Virus record (IMG/VR): IMGVR_UViG_3300032277_000030
Location: 1 to 36,965 of that record
Length of the DNA: 36,965 nucleotides
Direction: 5' to 3' (one strand)
Source of the DNA: a virus
Lineage: Duplodnaviria > Caudoviricetes
Below are positions 27,266 through 36,282 of this stretch, one piece after another. Each line of letters opens with the position of its first letter. Within the stretch, counting starts at the first letter, position 1. Under the pieces are notes generated by a model. It made no database searches, was not told the origin of the DNA, and was given only the letters and a program-made list of their open reading frames with translations. Both the position numbers and the translations under genes were made by a program.

Positions 27266-28818
27266 TGGCTAACATCAATTTAAATAATATATCTAAGATG
27301 GAAGATGAACTTAGATTAGCTTATTCAGATCTTATAGCATTCGGTAAGCTATTTTTACCAGACGATTTTATGAGGAGTGAAACTCCTTTTTTTCATTATG
27401 AAGTAGCGGACGCCTTGATGGATAAGGACCACAGGCAATTAGGAGTAATATTACCACGTGGTCATGGCAAGACAGTTCTTACAAAATGCAATATCGTGCA
27501 TGATTTTGTTTTTGCACAAGATCCATTATTTTATGGATGGGTTGCTGCATCTTCTAAGATATCTGTCCCAAATTTGGATTATGTAAAATATCACTTGGAA
27601 TATAACGAAAAGATTAAGTATTATTTCGGTGATGTTAAGGGAAGAAAATGGACAGAAGATGACATTGAACTTAAGAATGGCAGCAAACTTATCTCGAAAT
27701 CAAACCTTTCAGGTATACGTGGCGGGGCTAAGTTGCATAAAAGATACGATCTTATTATCCTCGACGATTTTGAAGACGAGAATAATACCTGCACGCCTGA
27801 GTCTCGTGCTAAAATCGCAAATCTTGTTACAGCGGTGGTCTTCCCTGCTTTGGAACCTGCTGACGGGCGGTTGCGTATTAATGGTACGCCTGTGCATTTC
27901 GATGCGTTTACTACGAATATTCTTAACGGTCACCTTAAAGCTAAGGCGCAGAATGAAGATTATTCTTGGAAGGTAATTACCTACAAGGCATTGCAGGACG
28001 ATGGGACTCCTTTATGGCCAGGATGGTTTGGTCACAAGGAAATGGAGCGAAAGAAAAAGTTTTACTCAGATTCTGGACAACCTCAGAAATTCTATCAAGA
28101 GTATATGATGGAGGTTCAGAGCGCAGAAGATTCTATGTTCCGAAGGGAGCATATAAAGTATTGGGATGGTCAGTTTATTCATGATGATGAGGCAGGAATG
28201 TCATTCATTGTCCCAGACGGAGATGATCCTAAGCCGTGTGACATATATGTTGGAGTGGATCCAGCTACCGACAGTGCTCGTAGGGATAGTGATTTTAGTG
28301 TGCTACTCACTCTTGCTGTTGATTGCGACAACAATATCTATGTCCTTGATTATATACGCAATAGGTCGCTGCCTGTACTCGCGATACCTGGAGAGAACAA
28401 GAAGGGTATAGTTGATCATATGTTTGATCTAGCTAGCTTTTATAAACCATTGCTTTTTACTGTTGAGGACACTACTATGTCTAAGCCTATATTTCAGGCT
28501 ATACAGGCAGAGATGAGAAGAAGGAATGATTTCTCCGTCAGATTTAAAGCAGAGAAGCCAGGTAACAGATTGTCGAAGAGAGATAGGATTCAAGAAATTT
28601 TAGCCCAACGCTTTGCGATTGGGCAGATTCATATTAAGAAGCATCATTATGATCTTGATCGTGAGATCACTACATTTGGCCCTCGTATGGCACATGATGA
28701 TACTATAGATGCTTTAGCATATGCATGTAAGTATGCACATCCTCCTATGAATGCTAAGAAAGATAAGGATGGATGGCATAAAGAAACGCCAAAGGCACGA
28801 TCATGGATTACAGCATAA
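27265..28818 (+). CDS. terL: Terminase large subunit
   Basis: PRGHGKT Walker A, LIILDDFE Walker B, GTP coupling motif, GVDPA...DFS and HDDTIDAL RNase H-like nuclease motifs. Confidence 0.95.
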   Translation: MANINLNNISKMEDELRLAYSDLIAFGKLFLPDDFMRSETPFFHYEVADALMDKDHRQLGVILPRGHGKTVLTKCNIVHDFVFAQDPLFYGWVAASSKISVPNLDYVKYHLEYNEKIKYYFGDVKGRKWTEDDIELKNGSKLISKSNLSGIRGGAKLHKRYDLIILDDFEDENNTCTPESRAKIANLVTAVVFPALEPADGRLRINGTPVHFDAFTTNILNGHLKAKAQNEDYSWKVITYKALQDDGTPLWPGWFGHKEMERKKKFYSDSGQPQKFYQEYMMEVQSAEDSMFRREHIKYWDGQFIHDDEAGMSFIVPDGDDPKPCDIYVGVDPATDSARRDSDFSVLLTLAVDCDNNIYVLDYIRNRSLPVLAIPGENKKGIVDHMFDLASFYKPLLFTVEDTTMSKPIFQAIQAEMRRRNDFSVRFKAEKPGNRLSKRDRIQEILAQRFAIGQIHIKKHHYDLDREITTFGPRMAHDDTIDALAYACKYAHPPMNAKKDKDGWHKETPKARSWITA

Positions 28819-28841
28819 TAATTAATGTATAGAGGATAAGT

Positions 28842-31136
28842 ATGCCTAAGAAGAAAGCTTCGGACAGAGTTAGAGAAATATATAAGTTAGCAAACAATCC
28901 TGTTAGAACTCAATGGGAATATGTTAATCAGCGTGGATATGAATTTGCACATGATGAGCAATTGAGCAATGGTGAGAAATCATCCCTAGAATCTCAGGGC
29001 ATGCCAACATTTACTATTAATCGTATCTCCCCTGTGGTAGAAATGCTTAATTTTTATGCTACGGCAAATAATCCAAGGTGGCAAGCTATTGGAGTAGAAG
29101 GGAGCGATGTTGATGTTGCTGCTGTTTTTTCTGATTTAGCTGATTTCGTATGGTCTAATTCTAATGGTGATACCCTATATGCTAATGCAGTTAATGACTG
29201 TATTACTAAGTCAGTAGGCTATATACATGTAGCAGTAGATGCTAATCAAGATAATGGTATGGGTGAAGTTGTTGTACATCAGCCAGAGCCATTTGATATA
29301 TATGTAGATCCAAAGTCTAGAGATTTATTATTTAAAGATGCAGCATTTATTATGGTTAGGAAGGTTCTTCCAAAGAACCACTTAAAGGCGCTATACCCAG
29401 AGATGAAAGCAAAAATATCTAAGGCTGGAGTAAATGAGGGATCTAATTCATCATTAACCTCTAGAGCATTAGGTGATAGAGATCAGAAATTATTTATGCG
29501 TGAAGATCCTACAGGAGATTCTTATGGAGTAGATGCTGAAGGAGAAGTTGATCAATTAATAGAATTTTTTGAAGTGTATGAAAAGGTACAGACTTCTTTT
29601 GTTAATGTATTTTATCGCATACCTCCAAGCAAAGAAGAGTTAGCTCAAATTAAAGAACAGCATCAAGTGCAGATGCAAGAGATGCAGCAAGAGATGCAAG
29701 TTCAGCTACTTGAACAGCAAAAACAAATGGAAGAAGCTATGGCTAAGGGTGAGATGCTTCCAGATAGATATAAACTTGAAATAGAAAAGGCTCAAAAGAT
29801 GATGCAGGCCCAGCTAGAAGGGTTCTCTCAAGAACTTATGAGTAAACTTCAAGCGGCTAATTCTAGAATAGAAAGTCAAGTTGTTCCAGAAAAAGATTTT
29901 AAATTAATGCAAAAAGATAAGAGCTTTGCAAAGAATATTGTAGATAGTGTTCAGTTTTATTCTCCAAGGATTAAACAGACATGTGTAGCGGGAGATCAAT
30001 TATTATACGAGAAGCTATTACCAGATACTGTTGTAGATTATCCAATTATACCAATACACTTTAAGTGGACTGGAACTCCTTATTCTATGAGTGCAGTTTC
30101 CCCTTTGGTTGGTAAACAGCAGGAGATTAATAAATCCCATCAAATCATGGTACATAATGCATCATTAGGTTCAAGCTTAAGATGGATGTATGAAGAGGGT
30201 TCTATCGATAATGATACATGGGAAAAGTATTCATCTTCCCCAGGAGCCTTACTTCCTATACGTCCAGGAGTAGAAAGACCAACTCCAGTTATGCCTGCCC
30301 CATTATCAAATGCGTTTTTCAGCGTAGTTCAACAAGGGAAGTCAGATATGGAGTATTTAGCTGGAATATATTCTTCTATGATGGGAGACGCTCAAAGCTC
30401 TAGTGAAACATTTAGAGGTATGTTAGCATCTGATGAATATGGGACTAGAAGGATTAAACAATGGATGAAGAGTTCTATTGAACCTGCATTAAAGCAAGTA
30501 GGAGAAGTAGTTAAGCAATTTTCTCAATCTACATATACAGCAAATAAAAGATTTAGAATTGTTCAGCCTAGTGCTATAATGGAAAGCCGTGAGCAAGAAA
30601 TTAACATTCCTATCTATAATGATATGGGCCAAGCTATAGGAAAGTCCATGGATTTATCTGCTGCTAGGTTTGATGTTAAGATTGTATCTGGATCTACATT
30701 GCCAGTAAACAGATGGGCATATCTAGAGGAATTAAAACAGTTGATGCAATTAGGAGTTGTAGATGATATTGCAGTTCTGGCAGAAACAGATATTAGGAAT
30801 AAAGAAAAAATTGCAAAACGTAAGAGCATCTATTCTCAGCTTCAGGGTCAGGTAAGTCAAATGTCTGAATCCTTAAAAGATAAAGAGGGTACTATTGAAA
30901 CTCTTGAGAGACAGCTTGTACAAGCAGGTATTAAGAATAAGGTTATGCAAGCTTCTGTTGAGATTGATAAAAAGAAACAAGAAGTTAAAGGCGATATGGA
31001 AGGTGCATATGTTAAAACCGAAGGAGAACAGAAGTTATTACGCGATTCAATGAACACAGAAGCCAATGCTAGAAAGAAAGAAATGGCTATGGCTGTAGAT
31101 AATTTCAAAAAAAGCTTGGAAAGTAACGAGGAATAG
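28842..31136 (+). CDS. Portal protein (P22-like, long C-terminal barrel)
   Basis: Follows TerL. TINRI, PFDIYVDP, YPIIP and Q.EINK motifs; C-terminal coiled coil; 764 aa. Confidence 0.88.
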   Translation: MPKKKASDRVREIYKLANNPVRTQWEYVNQRGYEFAHDEQLSNGEKSSLESQGMPTFTINRISPVVEMLNFYATANNPRWQAIGVEGSDVDVAAVFSDLADFVWSNSNGDTLYANAVNDCITKSVGYIHVAVDANQDNGMGEVVVHQPEPFDIYVDPKSRDLLFKDAAFIMVRKVLPKNHLKALYPEMKAKISKAGVNEGSNSSLTSRALGDRDQKLFMREDPTGDSYGVDAEGEVDQLIEFFEVYEKVQTSFVNVFYRIPPSKEELAQIKEQHQVQMQEMQQEMQVQLLEQQKQMEEAMAKGEMLPDRYKLEIEKAQKMMQAQLEGFSQELMSKLQAANSRIESQVVPEKDFKLMQKDKSFAKNIVDSVQFYSPRIKQTCVAGDQLLYEKLLPDTVVDYPIIPIHFKWTGTPYSMSAVSPLVGKQQEINKSHQIMVHNASLGSSLRWMYEEGSIDNDTWEKYSSSPGALLPIRPGVERPTPVMPAPLSNAFFSVVQQGKSDMEYLAGIYSSMMGDAQSSSETFRGMLASDEYGTRRIKQWMKSSIEPALKQVGEVVKQFSQSTYTANKRFRIVQPSAIMESREQEINIPIYNDMGQAIGKSMDLSAARFDVKIVSGSTLPVNRWAYLEELKQLMQLGVVDDIAVLAETDIRNKEKIAKRKSIYSQLQGQVSQMSESLKDKEGTIETLERQLVQAGIKNKVMQASVEIDKKKQEVKGDMEGAYVKTEGEQKLLRDSMNTEANARKKEMAMAVDNFKKSLESNEE

Positions 31137-31177
31137 CCTTAACTTTCCCCGATTTTTATTAATTAAAAGGAGAAGAA

Positions 31178-32095
31178 ATGTCAGAAAACACAGAAAGCAG
31201 TAACTCTGCAATAGGAATGTCAGGAGATTCTCTTCCAGAGGATCCAGTTGATGCAGCTATGAATGCAGACTCTGTAGGAAATTTTTTTGATGGCCTTGAC
31301 CAAGATGTCAATGGTGCAATATTAGATGATAACCACGAGGTAACCCAAAGTCAGACAAGCGGCTCCACACCGGTAACCCGCACTCAAAATGACACTGGCT
31401 CCAATACGGTGGACTGGGAAGATGATAGCAACCCATATAAAAAGCGCTATCGTGATAGTAGTAGAGAGGCTGTAAGCAAGGCTGAGACACTAAGTGATCT
31501 TAAACCCTTTATTCCAGTTCTTGAAGCTATGAAGAAAGATAGTGGTCTAGTAGATCACGTACGTGGATATTTGCAAAACGGTGGGAAACCATCAACAACT
31601 ATCACAGAACAGTTGGGTATTGGAGAAGATTTTGTCTTTGACCAAGGTGAAGCAATGCAAAATCCTGACTCTGACTCTGCTAAAGTAATGTCTGCATATG
31701 TAGATAATATGGTGCAAGGTCGAGTAGGACAAATGCTTCAACAGGAAAAGCAAAATGCAGTACAGGTGCAAAAGCAGATAGCTCGAAAGCAAGAAGAGCA
31801 AGCATTTCGTGAAAAAACAGGTATGACTAATGAGGAATTTGCTGGATTCGTTGATCAAGCTAAGACTCATAAGATGACACTTGAAGATGTGCACTATCTA
31901 GTTAATCGAGATAAAGCTAATGCTAATGTAGCCAATTCCACTAAACAAGATATGTTGAACCAAATGAAAAGCGTACGTAATATGCCTACTAGTGCCGCTG
32001 GAGCAAATAGCCAAGGAGATAGTAATAATCCTGATAGTAATTTATTTGATGGACTCCTTGGACTTGATAACAGTGTAGATAAACTGTTTGAGTAA
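31178..32095 (+). CDS. Capsid scaffolding protein
   Basis: Acidic low-complexity N-terminus, YKKRY.DSSREA helix, position between portal and MCP. Confidence 0.7.
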   Translation: MSENTESSNSAIGMSGDSLPEDPVDAAMNADSVGNFFDGLDQDVNGAILDDNHEVTQSQTSGSTPVTRTQNDTGSNTVDWEDDSNPYKKRYRDSSREAVSKAETLSDLKPFIPVLEAMKKDSGLVDHVRGYLQNGGKPSTTITEQLGIGEDFVFDQGEAMQNPDSDSAKVMSAYVDNMVQGRVGQMLQQEKQNAVQVQKQIARKQEEQAFREKTGMTNEEFAGFVDQAKTHKMTLEDVHYLVNRDKANANVANSTKQDMLNQMKSVRNMPTSAAGANSQGDSNNPDSNLFDGLLGLDNSVDKLFE

Positions 32096-32126
32096 TAAAC
32101 AGTAAAGGTTACTGCTTACTCAAACA
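32085..32126 (+). promoter_or_regulatory. Long hairpin immediately 5' of the major capsid RBS
   Basis: TGTTTGAGTAA/TTACTCAAACA (11 bp) plus CAGTAA/TTACTG (6 bp). Confidence 0.6.
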
Positions 32127-32144
32127 AAACTAAAGGAGTAAGAC

Positions 32145-33611
32145 ATGTCTGATATATTAGATATTAGTACGTATAGTGGCGTTGCGGCTCCTGGTTCGGT
32201 TGGGAATCCTGTAACAGATACACCTACTGGTGATCTGCGTAGAAAGTTTAACTTTGGAGATAGAGTCTCTGAGTTATCTTTATCACAAGATCCTTTTTTC
32301 CGAATCTTAAGTATGGTTTCTAAAAAACCTACTGATGATCCGCAATTCAAATTCACAGAGCGAAGAGGCTCATTCCATAAACGTTATGCTTATATTAATG
32401 GTGTAACTTCAACCTTTGCTGTTGATGGTGGCGGAAATGCAATCGAAAATACAACTGGAAATACAGCTTATTTCCAAATGTATACAGATTGGAATGCAGC
32501 TGGTAATGTTTCAAATATTACTGGCCAAGCATCAACAACTTTTGCTGGTACAAACTCACAACCTGAGTTTTTAATGCCAGGTCAAGTAATCAAAGTAAAT
32601 ACTAACACCACTGCAGATTCAACATCTTCAAACGGATACCAGTTAGTTAAGATTACTGATGTTGACTTAAACACTCCTGGTTATGCTAAAGTTACAGGTG
32701 TAGTAATTAAGCCATCTGGAACATCTGGTGATAGTGTTTTCTTGTTAGATAATGATATCGCAGGTATTTCTGCAACAGGAACAAACAACCTATCTCAAGA
32801 AGCATTAGCTCCATATAAAGCTTATGTGATTGGAACTGCTTTTGCTGAAGGCTCTGGTTACCCTGAAACTTGGGATGATCAGCCTTTCTCAACCAACTAT
32901 GGACGAACTCAAATCTTCAAAACTACATGCGCAATGAACAATACTGATCGTGCAACTGTACTTAAGTATGAAGGCAATGAGTGGGCTCGTATCTGGAAAG
33001 AAAAGCTAATCGAACACAAATTCGATATAGAGCAATCATTACTATTTGGACGTCAAGACAATACATACCGCACTACTCAAGGTGCAGTTGATTGGATTGG
33101 CCAATATGGTAATGGTTTTTCTTTAGATATAGCAACTAAAACTCAAGATGATTTTCTTGATGATCTTTCATCTTACCTAGATCCACGTTACAACGATGGT
33201 ATGGCTACTGTATTCTTTGTGAGCACAGCAGTATACAATTGGTTGCATAAACTTGGTGGATACTTCAATAACAACTTATCAATCGGATCTAACTTCCGTG
33301 CTGATTTTGCTGTTATGGGTAAAAAGAAGGTTATGGGCTTAGACGCTACTACTATTTCAACCGTATATGGTGATATGAACGTAGTTAGGAACATCCACTT
33401 AGATGGAACTAACGTTAAAATGCTTGGTATTAATATGAAGTATTGTGCATATCGTCCACTAGTTGGTAATGGTATTAACCGAGACACATCTATTTATGTT
33501 GGTGTTCAAACTCTAGAAAACTCAGGCGTTGATCGTCGAGTAGATCAGATCTTGACAGAAGCTGGCATGGAATGGTGTTGTCCTGAAACTCATGCTGTAT
33601 GGACAGCTTAA
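32145..33611 (+). CDS. Major capsid protein (HK97 fold, DUF5309-like)
   Basis: PFF.IL, TQIFKT, EHK.DIEQSLLFG, TQG and ILTEAG.E motifs; position after the scaffold; AAGGAG RBS. Confidence 0.88.
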   Translation: MSDILDISTYSGVAAPGSVGNPVTDTPTGDLRRKFNFGDRVSELSLSQDPFFRILSMVSKKPTDDPQFKFTERRGSFHKRYAYINGVTSTFAVDGGGNAIENTTGNTAYFQMYTDWNAAGNVSNITGQASTTFAGTNSQPEFLMPGQVIKVNTNTTADSTSSNGYQLVKITDVDLNTPGYAKVTGVVIKPSGTSGDSVFLLDNDIAGISATGTNNLSQEALAPYKAYVIGTAFAEGSGYPETWDDQPFSTNYGRTQIFKTTCAMNNTDRATVLKYEGNEWARIWKEKLIEHKFDIEQSLLFGRQDNTYRTTQGAVDWIGQYGNGFSLDIATKTQDDFLDDLSSYLDPRYNDGMATVFFVSTAVYNWLHKLGGYFNNNLSIGSNFRADFAVMGKKKVMGLDATTISTVYGDMNVVRNIHLDGTNVKMLGINMKYCAYRPLVGNGINRDTSIYVGVQTLENSGVDRRVDQILTEAGMEWCCPETHAVWTA

Positions 33612-33625
33612 AGGAGGATGTATAG

Positions 33626-34093
33626 ATGAGTATACCAATGTATGGACAAAATAAAGATGGTGACGCACTAGATGCCGCTGCAAGCGGTCTTACACGTGGC
33701 CATGAAGTAATGCCATTAGCTGCAGATGCAACATTAACTGCTTCAGATAGTGGGAAAGTAATTATGGCTGACGCAACAGGTGCAGGTGCCGAAGTGGATA
33801 TTGCACTTCCAGCTCCATCTGCAGGCCTTAACTATAAGTTCATCGTCAAGGAAGATACCCCATCACAAGACATTAAGATTGTTGCTACAGGCGCAATTGT
33901 CTATGGTGTGATTATGGTGCATTTTATTGAAGCAGGTACTACTGTAGATACTACAGTTCTTGCGGCTGGTTCAACTAATGTTTTAATTGACACAACAGCT
34001 AAAAAAGGTGACTGGCTAGACTTCTACTGTGACGGAACTAATTGGTTCGTCAGAGGCGGTGGTTCTGTTACAGGCGCCTTCACAGTATCCTAA
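33626..34093 (+). CDS. Auxiliary capsid/decoration protein 1
   Basis: LTASDSGKVI...LPAPSAGLNYKFIV...CDGTNW beta-rich fold directly after the MCP. Confidence 0.6.
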   Translation: MSIPMYGQNKDGDALDAAASGLTRGHEVMPLAADATLTASDSGKVIMADATGAGAEVDIALPAPSAGLNYKFIVKEDTPSQDIKIVATGAIVYGVIMVHFIEAGTTVDTTVLAAGSTNVLIDTTAKKGDWLDFYCDGTNWFVRGGGSVTGAFTVS

Positions 34094-34104
34094 GGAGGTG
34101 ACTA

Positions 34105-34545
34105 ATGGCTAATGCATGGAAAGGATCTTCAGCATCATTTGGTGGATCTAGGATTTATGAAATCCAAGATGCAACATATGCCGTATCTCCTAATGATTCA
34201 GGAACAGTATTTTTATTAAATTCAGCTCTTGATATCGCTGTTAGTTTACCAGCAATATCAAAATTAGAGCCTGGATTTAATGTAAAGTTCGTTCTAAAAT
34301 CAGTCGTTGCTAGTGCTAAAAACTTCACTATAACTCAAGGTCATGCTGATGATGAATTAGTTGGGCATGTTAGAGATGGTAGTGCTGATGGTACTGGTGA
34401 TGTAGCAGATGCTGCAAACAATACAAAAGTGCAATTTGCTGCAACTGCTCCGGCAGGCAGTTTTATTGACATGATATGTGATGATACATCATGGTATTGT
34501 TTTGGAGCTGAATCAACAATCGCTAAATTAACCTTCGAAGATTAA
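34105..34545 (+). CDS. Auxiliary capsid/decoration protein 2 (paralog of the preceding gene)
   Basis: DSGTVF...LPA...GFNVKFV...CDDTSW shares motifs with the upstream gene. Confidence 0.6.
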   Translation: MANAWKGSSASFGGSRIYEIQDATYAVSPNDSGTVFLLNSALDIAVSLPAISKLEPGFNVKFVLKSVVASAKNFTITQGHADDELVGHVRDGSADGTGDVADAANNTKVQFAATAPAGSFIDMICDDTSWYCFGAESTIAKLTFED

Positions 34546-34568
34546 GGTTAGTTAAAACAAAATGGCCG

Positions 34569-34607
34569 GTCCGCCTTCTGGGTAGTTCTTCTCTCCAGGG
34601 GGTGGAC
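34569..34607 (+). terminator. GC-rich hairpin after the capsid genes (terminator/attenuator)
   Basis: GUCCGCCUUCUGG/CCAGGGGGUGGAC 13-bp stem; weak U tract. Confidence 0.55.
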
Positions 34608-34629
34608 ATGGTCTTTGTAAAGGAATAAT

Positions 34630-35817
34630 ATGGCATTTATAGATCAAGTACAAGATTTAACAAGCTTAACGGTTGCTGATAACGATGAGCTATCTCAGTT
34701 TTTAAAAGACGGAGTTCTTGATGTTACTCATAGAATCCTAAGGCTTGATCCTACTAGTGCTGAAGGATTCATTAGAGCTACTGCCGAACAAACCTCTAAT
34801 GGAGATTATATAAATGGTGCCACTATAGTATCGGTAGTGAGAGAATCAGGTACTAATAATGACTGGAGAGAGTGTAGAAAAATTAATATAGGGCTTCAAT
34901 CTAAGGTCACAGACTCTTCTAGCCTTGAATATGCCTCTAAGTTTAATCCTGCTTATATAGTAGAGGAAAACGGAAAGGTAAATGTTTATCCTGCACCAGG
35001 AGTTAATCCTGATGCTTATATAATTTACTATATCAATAATGTACCTGTTAATAAAGATTTAGCTGCATTATCGCACAGTGATACTGAAATAGGATATTTC
35101 CCTGATGATAAAATTTATTTAGTAATAATGTATGCTGGTATAAAATTATTACATACTGCTATGGCAGCATTACATAGTAACTCAGATGTAACTACAGCCT
35201 TAACAGCGGCCAATACAGAAATGGATGAAACACAAGCTATATGTGATCTAATAAATACCCAGGTAGACGCTGCTGTAGCTGAATTAGCTGAAGCAGTTAC
35301 AAATGTAGATAGCAGTGTAGATACAGCTCTTGCAGCAATAACAACAGCATTAGGTAGAGTAAATACTGCAGTTGCGCTTGGAAATACTGAATTTGATTTA
35401 GTTAATGCTGAGGTTGACTTAGCAAATGCTCAGGTTGATGATGAAGATGTAGAGCTAGCTCAAGGATACATGGCAACTGCTCAAGGATATTCTCAAGCTG
35501 GATCTAATTATATATCCGAGGCACAGGCTTCATTGGCTGAAGCTCAAGGATATGCAGCAGAAGTAAGTGCAAGAACCAATCATACTAATGCTCAAATATC
35601 AGTTTCTCAAGGATATCTAGCTGCTGCTCAATCTTATGCTGCTGAAATTCAGTCTAAGGCAGGTATAGCCTCTGGATACTTACAAGAAGCTCAAGGTAGA
35701 TTTTCTATATTATCACAAGAGTATCAATGGTATAATGAGAGATACCAGCAATTAAAAAGCGAATATAATGAAGCATTTGGTGTTATGGCTTCCACCCAAA
35801 AAGATGGAGCTAAATAG
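34630..35817 (+). CDS. Head-tail adaptor/ring-type virion protein with a long inserted coiled coil
   Basis: NPAY...KVNVYPAP...LVIMYA adaptor-like core, then Ala-rich heptads (AQGY repeats) before a C-terminal Y..L..EY helix. Confidence 0.55.
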   Translation: MAFIDQVQDLTSLTVADNDELSQFLKDGVLDVTHRILRLDPTSAEGFIRATAEQTSNGDYINGATIVSVVRESGTNNDWRECRKINIGLQSKVTDSSSLEYASKFNPAYIVEENGKVNVYPAPGVNPDAYIIYYINNVPVNKDLAALSHSDTEIGYFPDDKIYLVIMYAGIKLLHTAMAALHSNSDVTTALTAANTEMDETQAICDLINTQVDAAVAELAEAVTNVDSSVDTALAAITTALGRVNTAVALGNTEFDLVNAEVDLANAQVDDEDVELAQGYMATAQGYSQAGSNYISEAQASLAEAQGYAAEVSARTNHTNAQISVSQGYLAAAQSYAAEIQSKAGIASGYLQEAQGRFSILSQEYQWYNERYQQLKSEYNEAFGVMASTQKDGAK

Positions 35818-35839
35818 ATAAAACAAGCAAGGAGAGAAT

Positions 35840-36001
35840 ATGTCAAAGAAAGAAGAAACAGTAGAGAAAGAAAAGTCACTTGAAAAAACAATCAAGGAAA
35901 CAACTAAAGCATTAAAAGAACAAATCAGTCAAAATAATGCTATGATATTAAAGGCTCAAGGAGCATTAGAGGTATTGCTTCAAATAACTAAGGGGGGTTA
36001 A
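35840..36001 (+). CDS. 53-aa coiled-coil protein (not in the ORF track)
   Basis: AAGGAG RBS; MSKKEETVE...KAQGALEVLLQITKGG; TAATG coupling to the next gene. Confidence 0.7.
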   Translation: MSKKEETVEKEKSLEKTIKETTKALKEQISQNNAMILKAQGALEVLLQITKGG

Positions 36002-36282
36002 TGAAGGTTCAAGAATTAATGGAGCGGGTAGGTGTAACCCAGACTGGTAGAGCTATTGCATATATTAAAGATGGTTTAGAAGAGATAAATATGTTAGCTG
36101 AAACGCATATTACCACATCCAGAATTGACATTGTAAAGGATCAACGTTTTTATGATCTTCCTAAGGATATGATTAAAATGCTTGACCTTAGATGCAAAAA
36201 TCAATTAAATGGAGATGACGAATATAGAAGTCTTCCTAGGGCTGTAGGTAAACCAACAAGTAAGGATTCAGATGGCAACTAG
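36001..36282 (+). CDS. Tail/adaptor-like virion protein (N-terminal-half-like, 93 aa)
   Basis: MKVQELMERV...YIKDGLEEI...DQRFYDLPKD resembles podovirus ring/adaptor N-termini. Confidence 0.55.
   Translation: MKVQELMERVGVTQTGRAIAYIKDGLEEINMLAETHITTSRIDIVKDQRFYDLPKDMIKMLDLRCKNQLNGDDEYRSLPRAVGKPTSKDSDGN

Noticed and set aside
27629-28411. Alternate-frame ORFs within terL
   Set aside because: Fully nested in a conserved gene, with no convincing RBS or protein motifs.
35840-36001. Second Ubl, because the ORF ends in KGG
   Set aside because: The sequence is a coiled coil, not beta-grasp. The GG codons coincide with the AAGGGGGG ribosome-binding site of the next gene.
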